Assembly (NCBI GenBank): GCA_964645605.1
Contig: CAZYCE010000001.1
Location: 64,063-128,062 of the forward strand
Source: an uncultured Gammaproteobacteria bacterium
Lineage (GTDB): Bacteria > Patescibacteriota > Microgenomatia > UBA8517
Direction of reading: 5' to 3'
Length of the DNA stretch: 64,000 bases
In this document: positions 36,963 to 45,198 of the stretch, piece by piece
Position numbering within the stretch: position 1 is the stretch's first letter
Layout: each line of letters begins with the position of its first letter
Position numbers and translations under genes: made by a program
Notes under the pieces: model-generated
What the model saw: only the letters and a program-made list of their open reading frames with translations
Databases searched by the model: none
Told to the model about the DNA's origin: nothing

Positions 36963-38834
36963 ATGCTAAGAATACAAAGTGCCAAAGTTACGGCTTCCCC
37001 CGGAGGTACCGGTTGGGTGCAAATTCACGGATTTTCGCCTGCAGAATCTGATCAGGTAAAAACCAGAGGACAGCTTTTTATTGTGATTGCCTCTCGAAAC
37101 GGAAACGAGGGTATTGAAGCCATTTCTTTTGAAAGGAAAATTGTCGGAGAAATAAGAGAGAGTTATTATAATTCAGGCGATGCGAAGGCTTTTGATGCTC
37201 TTTCGGGAGCCGTCCGAAAGGTAGCCGTAGAGACTAAAACTGCAGGGGAGGATGTTGAAATTGCCGGCTGCGCTTTTGCCGACGGAGTTTTATATTCCTC
37301 GGCTTTTGGCGGCAGTAGTGTGATTGTCAGTCGGGACGGATCTTTTGCATCAATTTTGGAAAGTGAATCGGATGTTATTGCCGCATCGGGTTTCCCGAAA
37401 GAGGGAGATGTGGTTATTGTTGGGACAAAGGCTTTTTTTGAAAAAGTAACGCTCGGGGATCTTAAAAAAGCCCTGATAAGTAAAAATCCGGAAGCGGCTG
37501 TTGAGGAGCTGACACCGCTTGTTTACGGCGGGGTTGAAATAGGAACTTCAGGGGCGGTAATTATTAAGTTCGAAGAAACTCCGGAAATTCGTCAACCAGC
37601 GCAAGTTACCATTCCGGCAGAGAAAGTTGCGGAACCGAAAATCGATTTGGCAAAAAAGTTTTCCGGTTTTTGGAGCGGAATAGTAAAAAAAGTTCCCAGG
37701 AGAAATATATATATAAAACCGGAAATGGAGGATCAGGCGACTTCCCAAAGCAAAAAACTAACTCTTTCTGTGGGAGTTATCCTCCTTCTCATATTGGCGG
37801 TAAGCGTAGGCTTTGGTATCAGACAAAAAAGATTAAATGATGTTAAAAAAGAATATCAGGGACTATTAACTCAAGCCACAAACGAAGTGGATCAAGCAAT
37901 TAGTCTGGCCAGCTCGAACCCCGAGGAGTCAAGGCAACTTTTTCTAGACAGTGAACAAAAGTTGGTACAAATACAAGCCTTGAAAGTCAAGGATGTAAAA
38001 ATTGAAGAACTACAGAAAAAAATTGAGGACAGTCGGGCTGCGGTTTTGGGTGAATATAGCGTGAATCCTGAGCTTTTCTTGGATCTTGGCCTCCTTTCCT
38101 CAGGATTTAAAGGTGATGCGATCTCTTCATCGGGCGGAAGCCTTTACGTTCTTGATAAAACCGGATCCAGGGTTGTTGGTATCGCCCTTGATACCAAAAA
38201 GAGCAAGGTGGTTTCCGGCCCCACAGTGATCGATAGCCCTCAGGATCTGGCATCATATGAAGACAGCGTTTTTGTTCTGCTATCCGACGGAATTTATTTG
38301 ACAGAGTCCACCAAAACGAAAGTTATCGATAAAACTTGGGGCGGGGAAGCTTTGATATGCGCTTTTGGAGGAAACCTTTACGTTCTTGATAAAACCGGAA
38401 ATGCCATTTATAGATACGCGGGGAGCTCCGGAAACACTTTTGGGACTCAGCAACCCTGGCTTTCAAGCTCGACTCAGGCGAATTTCTCAAACGCAGTTTC
38501 CTGGGGAATAAATGGGGCAGTATATGTTCTTTATCCCAACTCCAAAATCTTGAAATACAGTCTCGGTTCTCCTCAAAGTTTCTCTTTGTCGGGGGTAACG
38601 CCGGAAATAGGAAACGTAGACGCAATCTATGCGGATCCTGATAATACCTACGTTTATTTACTTGATAAAGCAGGTAATCGTATAGTGGTGATTGACAAAA
38701 ACGGAAAATATAGGGCTCAATACATCAGTGACCAGATTTCATCCGCTACTAGGATAGTTGCCTCCGAAGCTGAAAAGAAAATTATTTTTCTCACAGGGGA
38801 GAAGCTTCTTTCAATCGAGATAAAACATCTTTAA
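36963..38834 (+). CDS. Bitopic membrane protein (623 aa). Cytoplasmic N-domain, central TM helix, and C-terminal extracytoplasmic β-propeller-like repeats.
   Basis: TM LTLSVGVILLLILAVSVGFGI near residue 265. Repeated …G(G/N)SLYVLDKTGxxVxxI… units in the C-terminal half. Confidence 0.45.
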   Translation: MLRIQSAKVTASPGGTGWVQIHGFSPAESDQVKTRGQLFIVIASRNGNEGIEAISFERKIVGEIRESYYNSGDAKAFDALSGAVRKVAVETKTAGEDVEIAGCAFADGVLYSSAFGGSSVIVSRDGSFASILESESDVIAASGFPKEGDVVIVGTKAFFEKVTLGDLKKALISKNPEAAVEELTPLVYGGVEIGTSGAVIIKFEETPEIRQPAQVTIPAEKVAEPKIDLAKKFSGFWSGIVKKVPRRNIYIKPEMEDQATSQSKKLTLSVGVILLLILAVSVGFGIRQKRLNDVKKEYQGLLTQATNEVDQAISLASSNPEESRQLFLDSEQKLVQIQALKVKDVKIEELQKKIEDSRAAVLGEYSVNPELFLDLGLLSSGFKGDAISSSGGSLYVLDKTGSRVVGIALDTKKSKVVSGPTVIDSPQDLASYEDSVFVLLSDGIYLTESTKTKVIDKTWGGEALICAFGGNLYVLDKTGNAIYRYAGSSGNTFGTQQPWLSSSTQANFSNAVSWGINGAVYVLYPNSKILKYSLGSPQSFSLSGVTPEIGNVDAIYADPDNTYVYLLDKAGNRIVVIDKNGKYRAQYISDQISSATRIVASEAEKKIIFLTGEKLLSIEIKHL

Positions 38835-38870
38835 AAAAGACGTCCGGTCTTCATGTTAAAATAGGCTGAT

Positions 38871-39305
38871 ATGAATATCGCGAATAAAAGAGCCAGGTTT
38901 GAATATGAATTAACGGGCGAGGGGGTCGAAGCCGGAATCTCTCTTTTGGGGGCTGAGGCCAAATCGGTACGGGAGGGAAGGGTCGATATAAGTCAAGCCG
39001 CAGTCAGGATTTTGAACGACGAAATGTATCTGATCAATGCCAATATTCCCGTTTCTGGCATGCAAAAATACAGTTCGACCAGAATAAGAAAACTCCTTCT
39101 CCATAGGGGGGAAATTTTGTCGCTTATTACAAAAATGAAGCAAAAAAGATTGCAAATTGTGCCTATCAGGGTGTATAATAAAGGCCGCTTAATTAAGATT
39201 TACCTTGAGCTTGGTAAGAGCAAGCATAGGTTTGAGAAAAAGGAGGCAATTAAGCGCCACGACATAAACCGAGACATCGAGAAGGAATTTAAAGGTTCGA
39301 TTTAA
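38871..39305 (+). CDS. smpB: SsrA-binding protein SmpB.
   Basis: MNIANKRARFEY…GAEAKSVREGRVDISQA…LLLHRGEI motifs. Followed immediately by tmRNA. Confidence 0.85.
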   Translation: MNIANKRARFEYELTGEGVEAGISLLGAEAKSVREGRVDISQAAVRILNDEMYLINANIPVSGMQKYSSTRIRKLLLHRGEILSLITKMKQKRLQIVPIRVYNKGRLIKIYLELGKSKHRFEKKEAIKRHDINRDIEKEFKGSI

Positions 39306-39308
39306 GTC

Positions 39309-39675
39309 GGGGACGATCGGTCTCGACGGAATGCTCTTTACAATACTGCAAGCCAAGTTTGATCGACACTTGTCAAAAGAGATCAAAAAATAAAAGCTAG
39401 GAATTCATTCCAAGCCCAACCTAACTACGCAGTAGCGTACGCTTAAGTTGCATCCTTAGATTTGATTCTCGGTTGAATCAAAAGGGTGTAAACCAATCCG
39501 AGATGCTTTTTAAAACTTAATGATTTAGAGTTTTGAAATTAAGCCTAAATAAATCTTACGTTCAGCAGCTGTAAGTTTGCTTAAACTGAACGAAAATTTA
39601 AAAAATTTACTAAGCTTGTAGAGGTTTTGTAGAAAGTTTTTTCGGACGCGGGTTCGATTCCCGCCGTCTCCACAG
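39309..39675 (+). ncRNA. ssrA: Transfer-messenger RNA (tmRNA, ssrA). Predicted tag reading frame ends …AQPNYAVAYA-stop.
   Basis: 5' GGGGACGATCGGTCTCGACGG matches the tmRNA acceptor/D-analog consensus. 3' GGACGCGGGTTCGATTCCCGCCGTCTCCA is the tRNA-like T-arm/acceptor. The internal ORF GCC CAA CCT AAC TAC GCA GTA GCG TAC GCT TAA (39414-39446) resembles ANDENYALAA-type tags. Location just after smpB. Confidence 0.8.
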
Positions 39676-39676
39676 A

Positions 39677-39706
39677 CAAAAAACCGCTATGCCGGCGGGT
39701 TTTTTG
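39677..39706 (+). terminator. Rho-independent terminator after tmRNA (A-tract / stem / T-tract, potentially bidirectional).
   Basis: AAAAAACCGCtatgccGGCGGGTTTTTT. Confidence 0.5.
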
Positions 39707-39720
39707 GTGGAAAAATATGA

Positions 39721-40395
39721 TTGATGGGCATTCTTGACCTTGTTTTTCCGAAAACGTGTCTTGGGTGCGGACGCGGCGGAAGATACTTATGCCAAGCCTG
39801 TATCGATAAAACTCCGAAGGCTGATGCAATCCGCCCGTATTGTAAACACCCCTCCATTGACTGAACTACACACGTAAATTGTCAAAAGAAGTTCGGGATA
39901 GACGGCTTGACCACAATCTGGGGTTATGAGGGAGTTATCAGGAAGGCGATACTGTCGTTAAAATATAAATATGCCACGGAAGTGGCGAATGAAATTTCTG
40001 ATTACTTAATTATTTCACTGGTGAGCAGGGTGATGCCTTCTGTTCAATGTTTAGCTCCGGTTCCGATCCATTGGCATAGACAAAATACAAGGGGATTTAA
40101 TCAATCGGCTGAAATCGGTAAGCTCGTAGTAGCCTCAATAGGGTGTAAATTTACTCAGGATTTATTGATAAAAACCGTTTCAACGGCTTCTCAAACCGAA
40201 CTGGGCAGAAAAGACCGCCGCCGAATTTACGGGGTGTTTTTTCCGTTAATTCCATATATAAATCATCTTTGGTAAATCTGAAATCCGTTATTATTTTTGA
40301 TGATGTTTTACTATCGGTTCAACACTAATGGAGGTGGAAAAAGTTTTAAAAAGAGGGGGCGTGGAAAAAGTTTGGGGACTGACGATTGCAAGATA
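39721..40395 (+). pseudogene. comFC: comFC (ComF family phosphoribosyltransferase-like competence protein) disrupted by one in-frame TGA and two frameshifts.
   Basis: Frame 1, 39721-39861: LMGILDLVFPKTCLGCG…YLCQACID (ComF zinc-finger N-terminus), then TGA at 39862-39864. Same frame resumes at 39907-40275: IWGYEGVIRKAILSLKYKY…LAPVPIHWHRQNTRGFNQSAEI… -1 frame, ~40224-40325: NLRGVF…KSVIIFDDVL. Third frame to 40395: TIGSTLMEVEKVLKRGGVEKVWGLTIAR-stop. The shifts coincide with a CCGCCGCCG repeat and a T-homopolymer. Confidence 0.6.
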
Positions 40396-40401
40396 ACCGT
40401 G

Positions 40402-40483
40402 CGGTAGGTACAGGGGTCGAACCTGTTAGAGCTTGCGCTCACGAGTTTTCAAGACTCGCGCGTTACCGTCCCGCCCACCTACC
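40402..40483 (-). tRNA. tRNA-Ser (anticodon TGA, reads UCA/UCN), long variable arm.
   Basis: Minus-strand sequence GGTAGGTGG…CGAGT-CTTGAAA-ACTCG…long extra arm…ACAGGTTCGACCCCTGT-ACCTACC-G. Anticodon loop CT-TGA-AA. Confidence 0.8.
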
Positions 40484-40489
40484 ACTGAG

Positions 40490-40575
40490 CGGAGGGGGTG
40501 AGATTTGAACTCACGCGAGCCTTGCGGCTCAGAGGTTTAGCGAACCTCCGCAATGGACCGCTATGCGACCCCTCC
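40490..40575 (-). tRNA. tRNA-Ser (anticodon GCT, reads AGY), long variable arm. Only 6 nt from the preceding tRNA-Ser.
   Basis: Minus-strand GGAGGGGTCGCATAGCGGTCCATTGCG-GAGGT-TCGCTAA-ACCTC-TGAGCCGCAAGGCTCGC-GTGAGTTCAAATCTCAC-CCCCTCC-G. Anticodon GCT. Confidence 0.75.
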
Positions 40576-41562
40576 ATATTTGTATTTATTTAGCCTCTGA
40601 TTACTACTACCAACAATATTGAGATATTTTTCTATCTCATGGCTATTATACAGCCAAACCTTCTTATTCACTACGTTCTTGATAATTTTCGGGTGAAACT
40701 TTAATTCTTTGAGTGTTTCGTAAACAAAGGTCAAAAGAGGAACGGAATAGTTGGTGAAGTTGGCTTTTGGGTATATGTATATTTTCCCATTTACTTTATA
40801 CCTGTGGATGAAGATTCCACCATCAGTATCCATCAAACCACGCAAACAGCGAATTTTATATTTTTGGTTCGATTTTATCCAATCTGGTACGTCCACTTGG
40901 TTTTTAACCTTATTACCCGGGACTAATCCAAGTTTTGTTAGAAGTTTGGTTAAGTTGGCTCCGTTATAATAAATTTCCAATGCATTGGCATTATTTCTTT
41001 TCCTGACTTTGGGCTCGTGTCCAAACAAAGATTTGCATAGTTTTACTACATAGTGCGAATAATCCAAATCCTTAATACTGTTTAATGTTATGCGTATTTG
41101 TAATCTTCCCATGCTCCCATCACCAAGCATAATCCCCATGAACTCAGCAAGGTTCGAAGAGCGTTTCGGTGTGTAAAATGTAGCGATTGGTGATATTGAC
41201 CCTGATTTTCTGAGGATTTCTAGAGTTTTTAATCCTCCTTTTTGTCTACCTTCTTTTGTACCTGGATTTCCATATTTTTGTTTGTAGGCAATCCCACCTC
41301 GTTTTCCAATCCGCGATCTATTCGTTTTCCATCTGTTTTCCAATACCCCAACCTTTTCAGGTAAAATGACATTAAACTTGCTGCCTAATATAAGTACGGC
41401 ATTTTTTGAAATTGACATCTTTTCATTTTTCCAATCAGTAAAACTTCTAGGGGAAACACTTACCAAATTAGCCAATTTATTGGTGCCTAAACCGCTTTTT
41501 TGAATCACTGTTTTGAGGAATATCTTTTGATGGTTGGGCAAGAATTTTAGGTGATTTTCCAT
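40561..41562 (-). CDS. Free-standing LAGLIDADG-family homing endonuclease (two LAGLIDADG-like motifs) with an N-terminal HTH-like region. Its 3' end overlaps tRNA-Ser(GCT) by ~15 nt.
   Basis: FMGIMLGDGSMGRLQIRITL and LRGLMDTDGGIFIH motifs are separated by ~100 aa, as in double-motif LAGLIDADG enzymes. The TAG stop lies inside the tRNA 5' end. Confidence 0.65.
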   Translation of the reverse strand: MENHLKFLPNHQKIFLKTVIQKSGLGTNKLANLVSVSPRSFTDWKNEKMSISKNAVLILGSKFNVILPEKVGVLENRWKTNRSRIGKRGGIAYKQKYGNPGTKEGRQKGGLKTLEILRKSGSISPIATFYTPKRSSNLAEFMGIMLGDGSMGRLQIRITLNSIKDLDYSHYVVKLCKSLFGHEPKVRKRNNANALEIYYNGANLTKLLTKLGLVPGNKVKNQVDVPDWIKSNQKYKIRCLRGLMDTDGGIFIHRYKVNGKIYIYPKANFTNYSVPLLTFVYETLKELKFHPKIIKNVVNKKVWLYNSHEIEKYLNIVGSSNQRLNKYKYGGVA

Positions 41563-41623
41563 ATCCGCTAGACGACACCTCCATGATATACTTTTCCAGA
41601 TATAAAATGTATACTACGCATGT

Positions 41624-42160
41624 ATGGAATCTGCCAATAGCACATTAAATGTTGAGCCACAGGCGGTGGTTGTCAGGCGTGAACCTGAACGCGATTTGGT
41701 TACCTGGACGGCGCCAGCGCGGCCATTTAAAAGGTACGGCAGAAAGTTTTATGTAACTATTTTTTCATTTGTAGGAATAATCAGCATAATTCTTTTTATA
41801 GCCGAAGGTGCCATACCGGTAGTGCTCTTAGTTTCACTTATCTTTTTGTTTTATGTTCTTTCTACGGTTTCACCGGAGAATATTGAGTATAAAATAACCA
41901 ATAAGGGAGTCAAAATCGCAGGCAAGGAAACACCCTGGCAAAATATAATCAGGTTTTGTTTTTTGTCAAAAACAGGAGGCGAAGTTTTGGTTTTTGATGC
42001 GGCAACGTTTCCCGGAAGAATAGAGCTTGTCATAAATCCCGAGGACAAAGATAGATTGAAAAAAGAAATTTCTGCATACACTCCTTATGAAGAAATTAAG
42101 CCTTCTTTTTTGGATAAGATTGTGGACTGGGTTGTTAAAAAGCTGCCGGAGAGTGAGTAG
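41624..42160 (+). CDS. Membrane hypothetical protein (178 aa, two TM helices).
   Basis: Hydrophobic hairpin FYVTIFSFVGIISIILFIAEGAIPVVLLVSLIFLFYVL. Confidence 0.4.
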   Translation: MESANSTLNVEPQAVVVRREPERDLVTWTAPARPFKRYGRKFYVTIFSFVGIISIILFIAEGAIPVVLLVSLIFLFYVLSTVSPENIEYKITNKGVKIAGKETPWQNIIRFCFLSKTGGEVLVFDAATFPGRIELVINPEDKDRLKKEISAYTPYEEIKPSFLDKIVDWVVKKLPESE

Positions 42161-42182
42161 GCACAACTCCGAATAAGCATCT

Positions 42183-42255
42183 GCACCCGTAGCTTAACGG
42201 ATAGAGTAGGAGCTTGCGGAGCTCTTGGTCCCAGTCCGATTCTGGGCGGGTGCAC
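42183..42255 (+). tRNA. tRNA-like gene, best read as tRNA-Arg (anticodon GCG). The T-loop (TCCGATT) is non-canonical.
   Basis: GCACCCG-TA-GCTT-AACGGATA-GAGT-A-GGAGC-TTGCGGA-GCTCT-TGGT-CCCAG-TCCGATT-CTGGG-CGGGTGC-A-CC. Seven-bp acceptor, anticodon loop TT-GCG-GA. Confidence 0.45.
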
Positions 42256-42259
42256 CTAA

Positions 42260-42341
42260 GGAGGATGGGCAGGACGGTAATGCGTTGGTTTCGAAAACCA
42301 ATTCTCGTAAGGGATAGCAGGTTCGACTCCTGCATCCTCCG
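42260..42341 (+). tRNA. tRNA-Ser (anticodon CGA, reads UCG), long variable arm.
   Basis: GGAGGAT…TTGGT-TTCGAAA-ACCAA…GCAGGTTCGACTCCTGC-ATCCTCC-G. Anticodon loop TT-CGA-AA. Confidence 0.75.
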
Positions 42342-42461
42342 CTCGTCGGAACTAAACATTGCTGGTCGTTTTTCAAAACTGAGAGTTTTGAAAAAGATTG
42401 CAAGTTTGTTCCTTCTCTCGGAATTGTTGTACAATTTCGGTTGGAAACATAGATACAAGAG

Positions 42462-42908
42462 ATGGATACAAAAATAAATCAACAAATATTTATAGGAGGC
42501 GCAGTGGTTTTCAAAGATAACCGTGGCAAGCGCCAGTATTTGCTGGTTAAAACGAAAATAGATAGTAACTGGGAAATTCCCAAAGTAACGGTGAGAAGGG
42601 GAGAATCCTCTGTGCGTGCCGTGATTAGACTTACGGGAGAGCAGGGGGGGATTACGGCCAGAATTTTGGAAGAAGCGGGTAGATATTCGGTAACCACGAT
42701 AATAAACGGCAATACCATTCCCCAGAAATATTATTATTACTTGATGCTTCAAAAAGGAGGCCCTGGAGAAATGATCGGATTTCAAGATTACAAATGGATG
42801 GAATTTCCAAATGCCTTGAAAAAGATTGATTCCGAGAAAGAGAAAGAGATGCTCAAAAGTGCAAAAAAGGTATTGAAGGAGTGGGAATCCACACATAGGG
42901 TTAAATAA
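42462..42908 (+). CDS. Nudix hydrolase family protein.
   Basis: Nudix-box-like RGESSVRAVIRLTGEQGGI (GX5EX7REUXEEXGU pattern). Confidence 0.55.
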   Translation: MDTKINQQIFIGGAVVFKDNRGKRQYLLVKTKIDSNWEIPKVTVRRGESSVRAVIRLTGEQGGITARILEEAGRYSVTTIINGNTIPQKYYYYLMLQKGGPGEMIGFQDYKWMEFPNALKKIDSEKEKEMLKSAKKVLKEWESTHRVK

Positions 42909-42913
42909 AGCCA

Positions 42914-43390
42914 ATGTTGCGCGAGTTTTCTTCTGGCGGAGTAGTCTACAAGAAAGAAAAAGGAGAGGTTCTGTGGGTAGTAAGGATGACTGCTGCCAGT
43001 AAACTTTTTCCCAAAACACACTGGATGCTTCCAAAGGGTTGGTTGGATGATGCGGGAGATGGTGTCCCCGGGCCAATGGCCTCGGGCACGTTAAAGGCTG
43101 ACGAAAAAACGCTTCAGGCAACTGCGGTCCGTGAAGTTGTGGAAGAAACGGGAGTTAAGGCTGAAATTATTAAAAAAATTGGGACGCTTAAATATGTTTA
43201 TACCCATCCTGAAAGGGGTAAAACTTTAAAATTTGTCACTTACTTCCTAATGGAGTGGAAATCCGACCTACCAGGAGGTTTTGACGGAGAAACCTCAGAA
43301 ATTGCCTGGCTTCCGTATGGGGAAGCTTATAAAAGACTTTCTTTTGGTAAAGAGAAGGAAGTGCTGAAAAAAGCAAACGCTCTTCTTTGA
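42914..43390 (+). CDS. Nudix hydrolase family protein (second, tandem).
   Basis: Nudix box …EKTLQATAVREVVEETGV…. Confidence 0.6.
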   Translation: MLREFSSGGVVYKKEKGEVLWVVRMTAASKLFPKTHWMLPKGWLDDAGDGVPGPMASGTLKADEKTLQATAVREVVEETGVKAEIIKKIGTLKYVYTHPERGKTLKFVTYFLMEWKSDLPGGFDGETSEIAWLPYGEAYKRLSFGKEKEVLKKANALL

Positions 43391-43407
43391 TATAATACAA
43401 GTTCAAT

Positions 43408-43492
43408 GGAGGAGTCGCCTAGTGGCCTATGGCACGGGTTTGGAAAACCCGGACCCGAAAGGGTCTCGTGAGTTCGAATCTCACCTCCTCCG
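43408..43492 (+). tRNA. tRNA-Ser (anticodon GGA, reads UCC/UCU), long variable arm.
   Basis: GGAGGAGTCGCCTAGTGGCCTATGGCA-CGGGT-TTGGAAA-ACCCG-GACCCGAAAGGGTCTC-GTGAGTTCGAATCTCAC-CTCCTCC-G. Confidence 0.8.
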
Positions 43493-43533
43493 CATTTTGT
43501 AATGATGACAATATATAAATGATATAATCGCCT

Positions 43534-45048
43534 ATGTCTATTAAAAAAATTTCTCCAATCGCAATTGCCACCCTGGTCGTAATTTTGGTTGTCGGTTTTT
43601 TATTTTTGAAAAGAGAAAAAAACTCCTCTTTTGATCAGGTGGTTTACGAAGAAGCACTGTCTATTTCCAAAAAATATGCCTTGCTTAGATACCAAACTGA
43701 GAATGTTTTGGAAAAAGCTAAAGAATATGGAGACTATGACAAGTGGAATCAGGAAATGACACTAATTATTGAAGGTTGGAAAAGTATGGAAAGTGAAGCC
43801 TTAATGCTCGAAGAAAAGGCCGATAATCTAGCCAGTGAAAAAACAGCACCTAATTTAGTTAAAGATGTTTATGCTTATGACTCAGTTGAAGTTCAACAAG
43901 TCATTAAAAATGCCCCTGCGGGTAAACAAATTAGAACTTTAGCTAAACATCTCGGAGTTGATGCCAAAACGGCTCAACTGATTTTAAATCAAACCCAAGA
44001 TCAGATTACCCGAGAAGCCTATGGAGAAGAAGGAGATGTGTTTGAAACCTGTGAACAAAATTCCATGAGAATTAAAAATGGAGCCAAAGTAACGATGTTT
44101 GTTGGAGGAATAGCACTGACAGGGGGCGCTTCGGCGGTCGCTACCAGTGGAGTGGTAGCAAAAACAGCCTTGGTTGTTGGAGGAGCCGATTTAGTGCTCG
44201 AAGTAACCGATGATGAGGCTAAAATTGCCTTGGGAGATAGAAATAAAGTGTCAGAAATGGTGGGCAAAGTCAGAACGGTGACGGAACCAACGGCTAGTAT
44301 TTTAACTATAGTTAATATTCCGGGAAATATAACTAAAGCTATGGATAAAATAAGTGCCCTTTCTTTTACTGGAGATCAGATTAGATCAGTAGCCCAAGAT
44401 GAAAAAATCTTGGGAATTAGTATTAAAACTAATGAAAAAGGTGAAGTAAAAGCCGTCGTCAGCGGTCTAACTGAAATTGAATTAACTGAGTGGAAAAAAG
44501 AAAATAATATCGTCACTTCGATTCAGTCGATTGAAGAGATGATAAAGCAAATTGAAGAAGAAAGTGCAAAAGAAAAAGAAATTGTCCAAGAAAAACAGAA
44601 TAGGGTTGAAGAAAAAAAAGAGACATCTGCATCTGAAATTAATTTAGAAAATATTCCAAATCAGATCTACGAAGTGAAAAATGTAAGTGGATCGTCTTTT
44701 ATGATGGATGTCTGTCTTAATCCAACTTGTTGGGATGATCTAGCGGCTAACCCAGCAGAAGATAGGGATGTGGGTGGCATTTATACGATGGGAAAAGTTT
44801 ACGGTCCTGGAGAAAGTTTTAAAAGTGGTTTTCGTCCATCAGATCTAAAAAGCAACAGCCAAATAGCGGAGATGTTACCAGATGGTTATAGAATAACGGT
44901 TTATTTCGCCATAGCTCCTTTTGAAGGCCCCAAACATAAAACAATTGATTATGGAACTTGGCAAAACCATTCTGTGGAAATACAAGCGAAATATGGCGAT
45001 GAACCGGTGATCGAATGGGACGGAGGTAGCTTAAAACAAGTTAAGTAA
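43534..45048 (+). CDS. Membrane-anchored hypothetical protein (504 aa) with a coiled-coil/acidic middle region.
   Basis: N-terminal TM ISPIAIATLVVILVVGFLFL. No known motif. Confidence 0.4.
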   Translation: MSIKKISPIAIATLVVILVVGFLFLKREKNSSFDQVVYEEALSISKKYALLRYQTENVLEKAKEYGDYDKWNQEMTLIIEGWKSMESEALMLEEKADNLASEKTAPNLVKDVYAYDSVEVQQVIKNAPAGKQIRTLAKHLGVDAKTAQLILNQTQDQITREAYGEEGDVFETCEQNSMRIKNGAKVTMFVGGIALTGGASAVATSGVVAKTALVVGGADLVLEVTDDEAKIALGDRNKVSEMVGKVRTVTEPTASILTIVNIPGNITKAMDKISALSFTGDQIRSVAQDEKILGISIKTNEKGEVKAVVSGLTEIELTEWKKENNIVTSIQSIEEMIKQIEEESAKEKEIVQEKQNRVEEKKETSASEINLENIPNQIYEVKNVSGSSFMMDVCLNPTCWDDLAANPAEDRDVGGIYTMGKVYGPGESFKSGFRPSDLKSNSQIAEMLPDGYRITVYFAIAPFEGPKHKTIDYGTWQNHSVEIQAKYGDEPVIEWDGGSLKQVK

Positions 45049-45198
45049 ATAAAGCTTGGACAAATAAGCGATATTACCATTACCTAATTTAGATACGATG
45101 GTTGGGAGAATAAGATAAGGGTTGGTACTTAGGGGTTCCAGACCCTCTAGTTCCGCTTGCATGTGTTCGTGTAGGAGTTTGCGATTCGGTACCACTCG

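Noticed and set aside
39862-39864. In-frame TGA inside comFC as possible UGA recoding (Gly/Trp/Sec)
   Set aside because: TGA terminates other well-conserved genes in the window at the expected positions (for example dnaA). The same gene also has two frameshifts, so decay or sequencing error is the simpler explanation.
42135-43121. 328-aa minus-strand ORF
   Set aside because: It overlaps two tRNA genes and both Nudix genes on the opposite strand, and has Arg/Leu/Ser-rich odd composition typical of an antisense read-through. Judged spurious.
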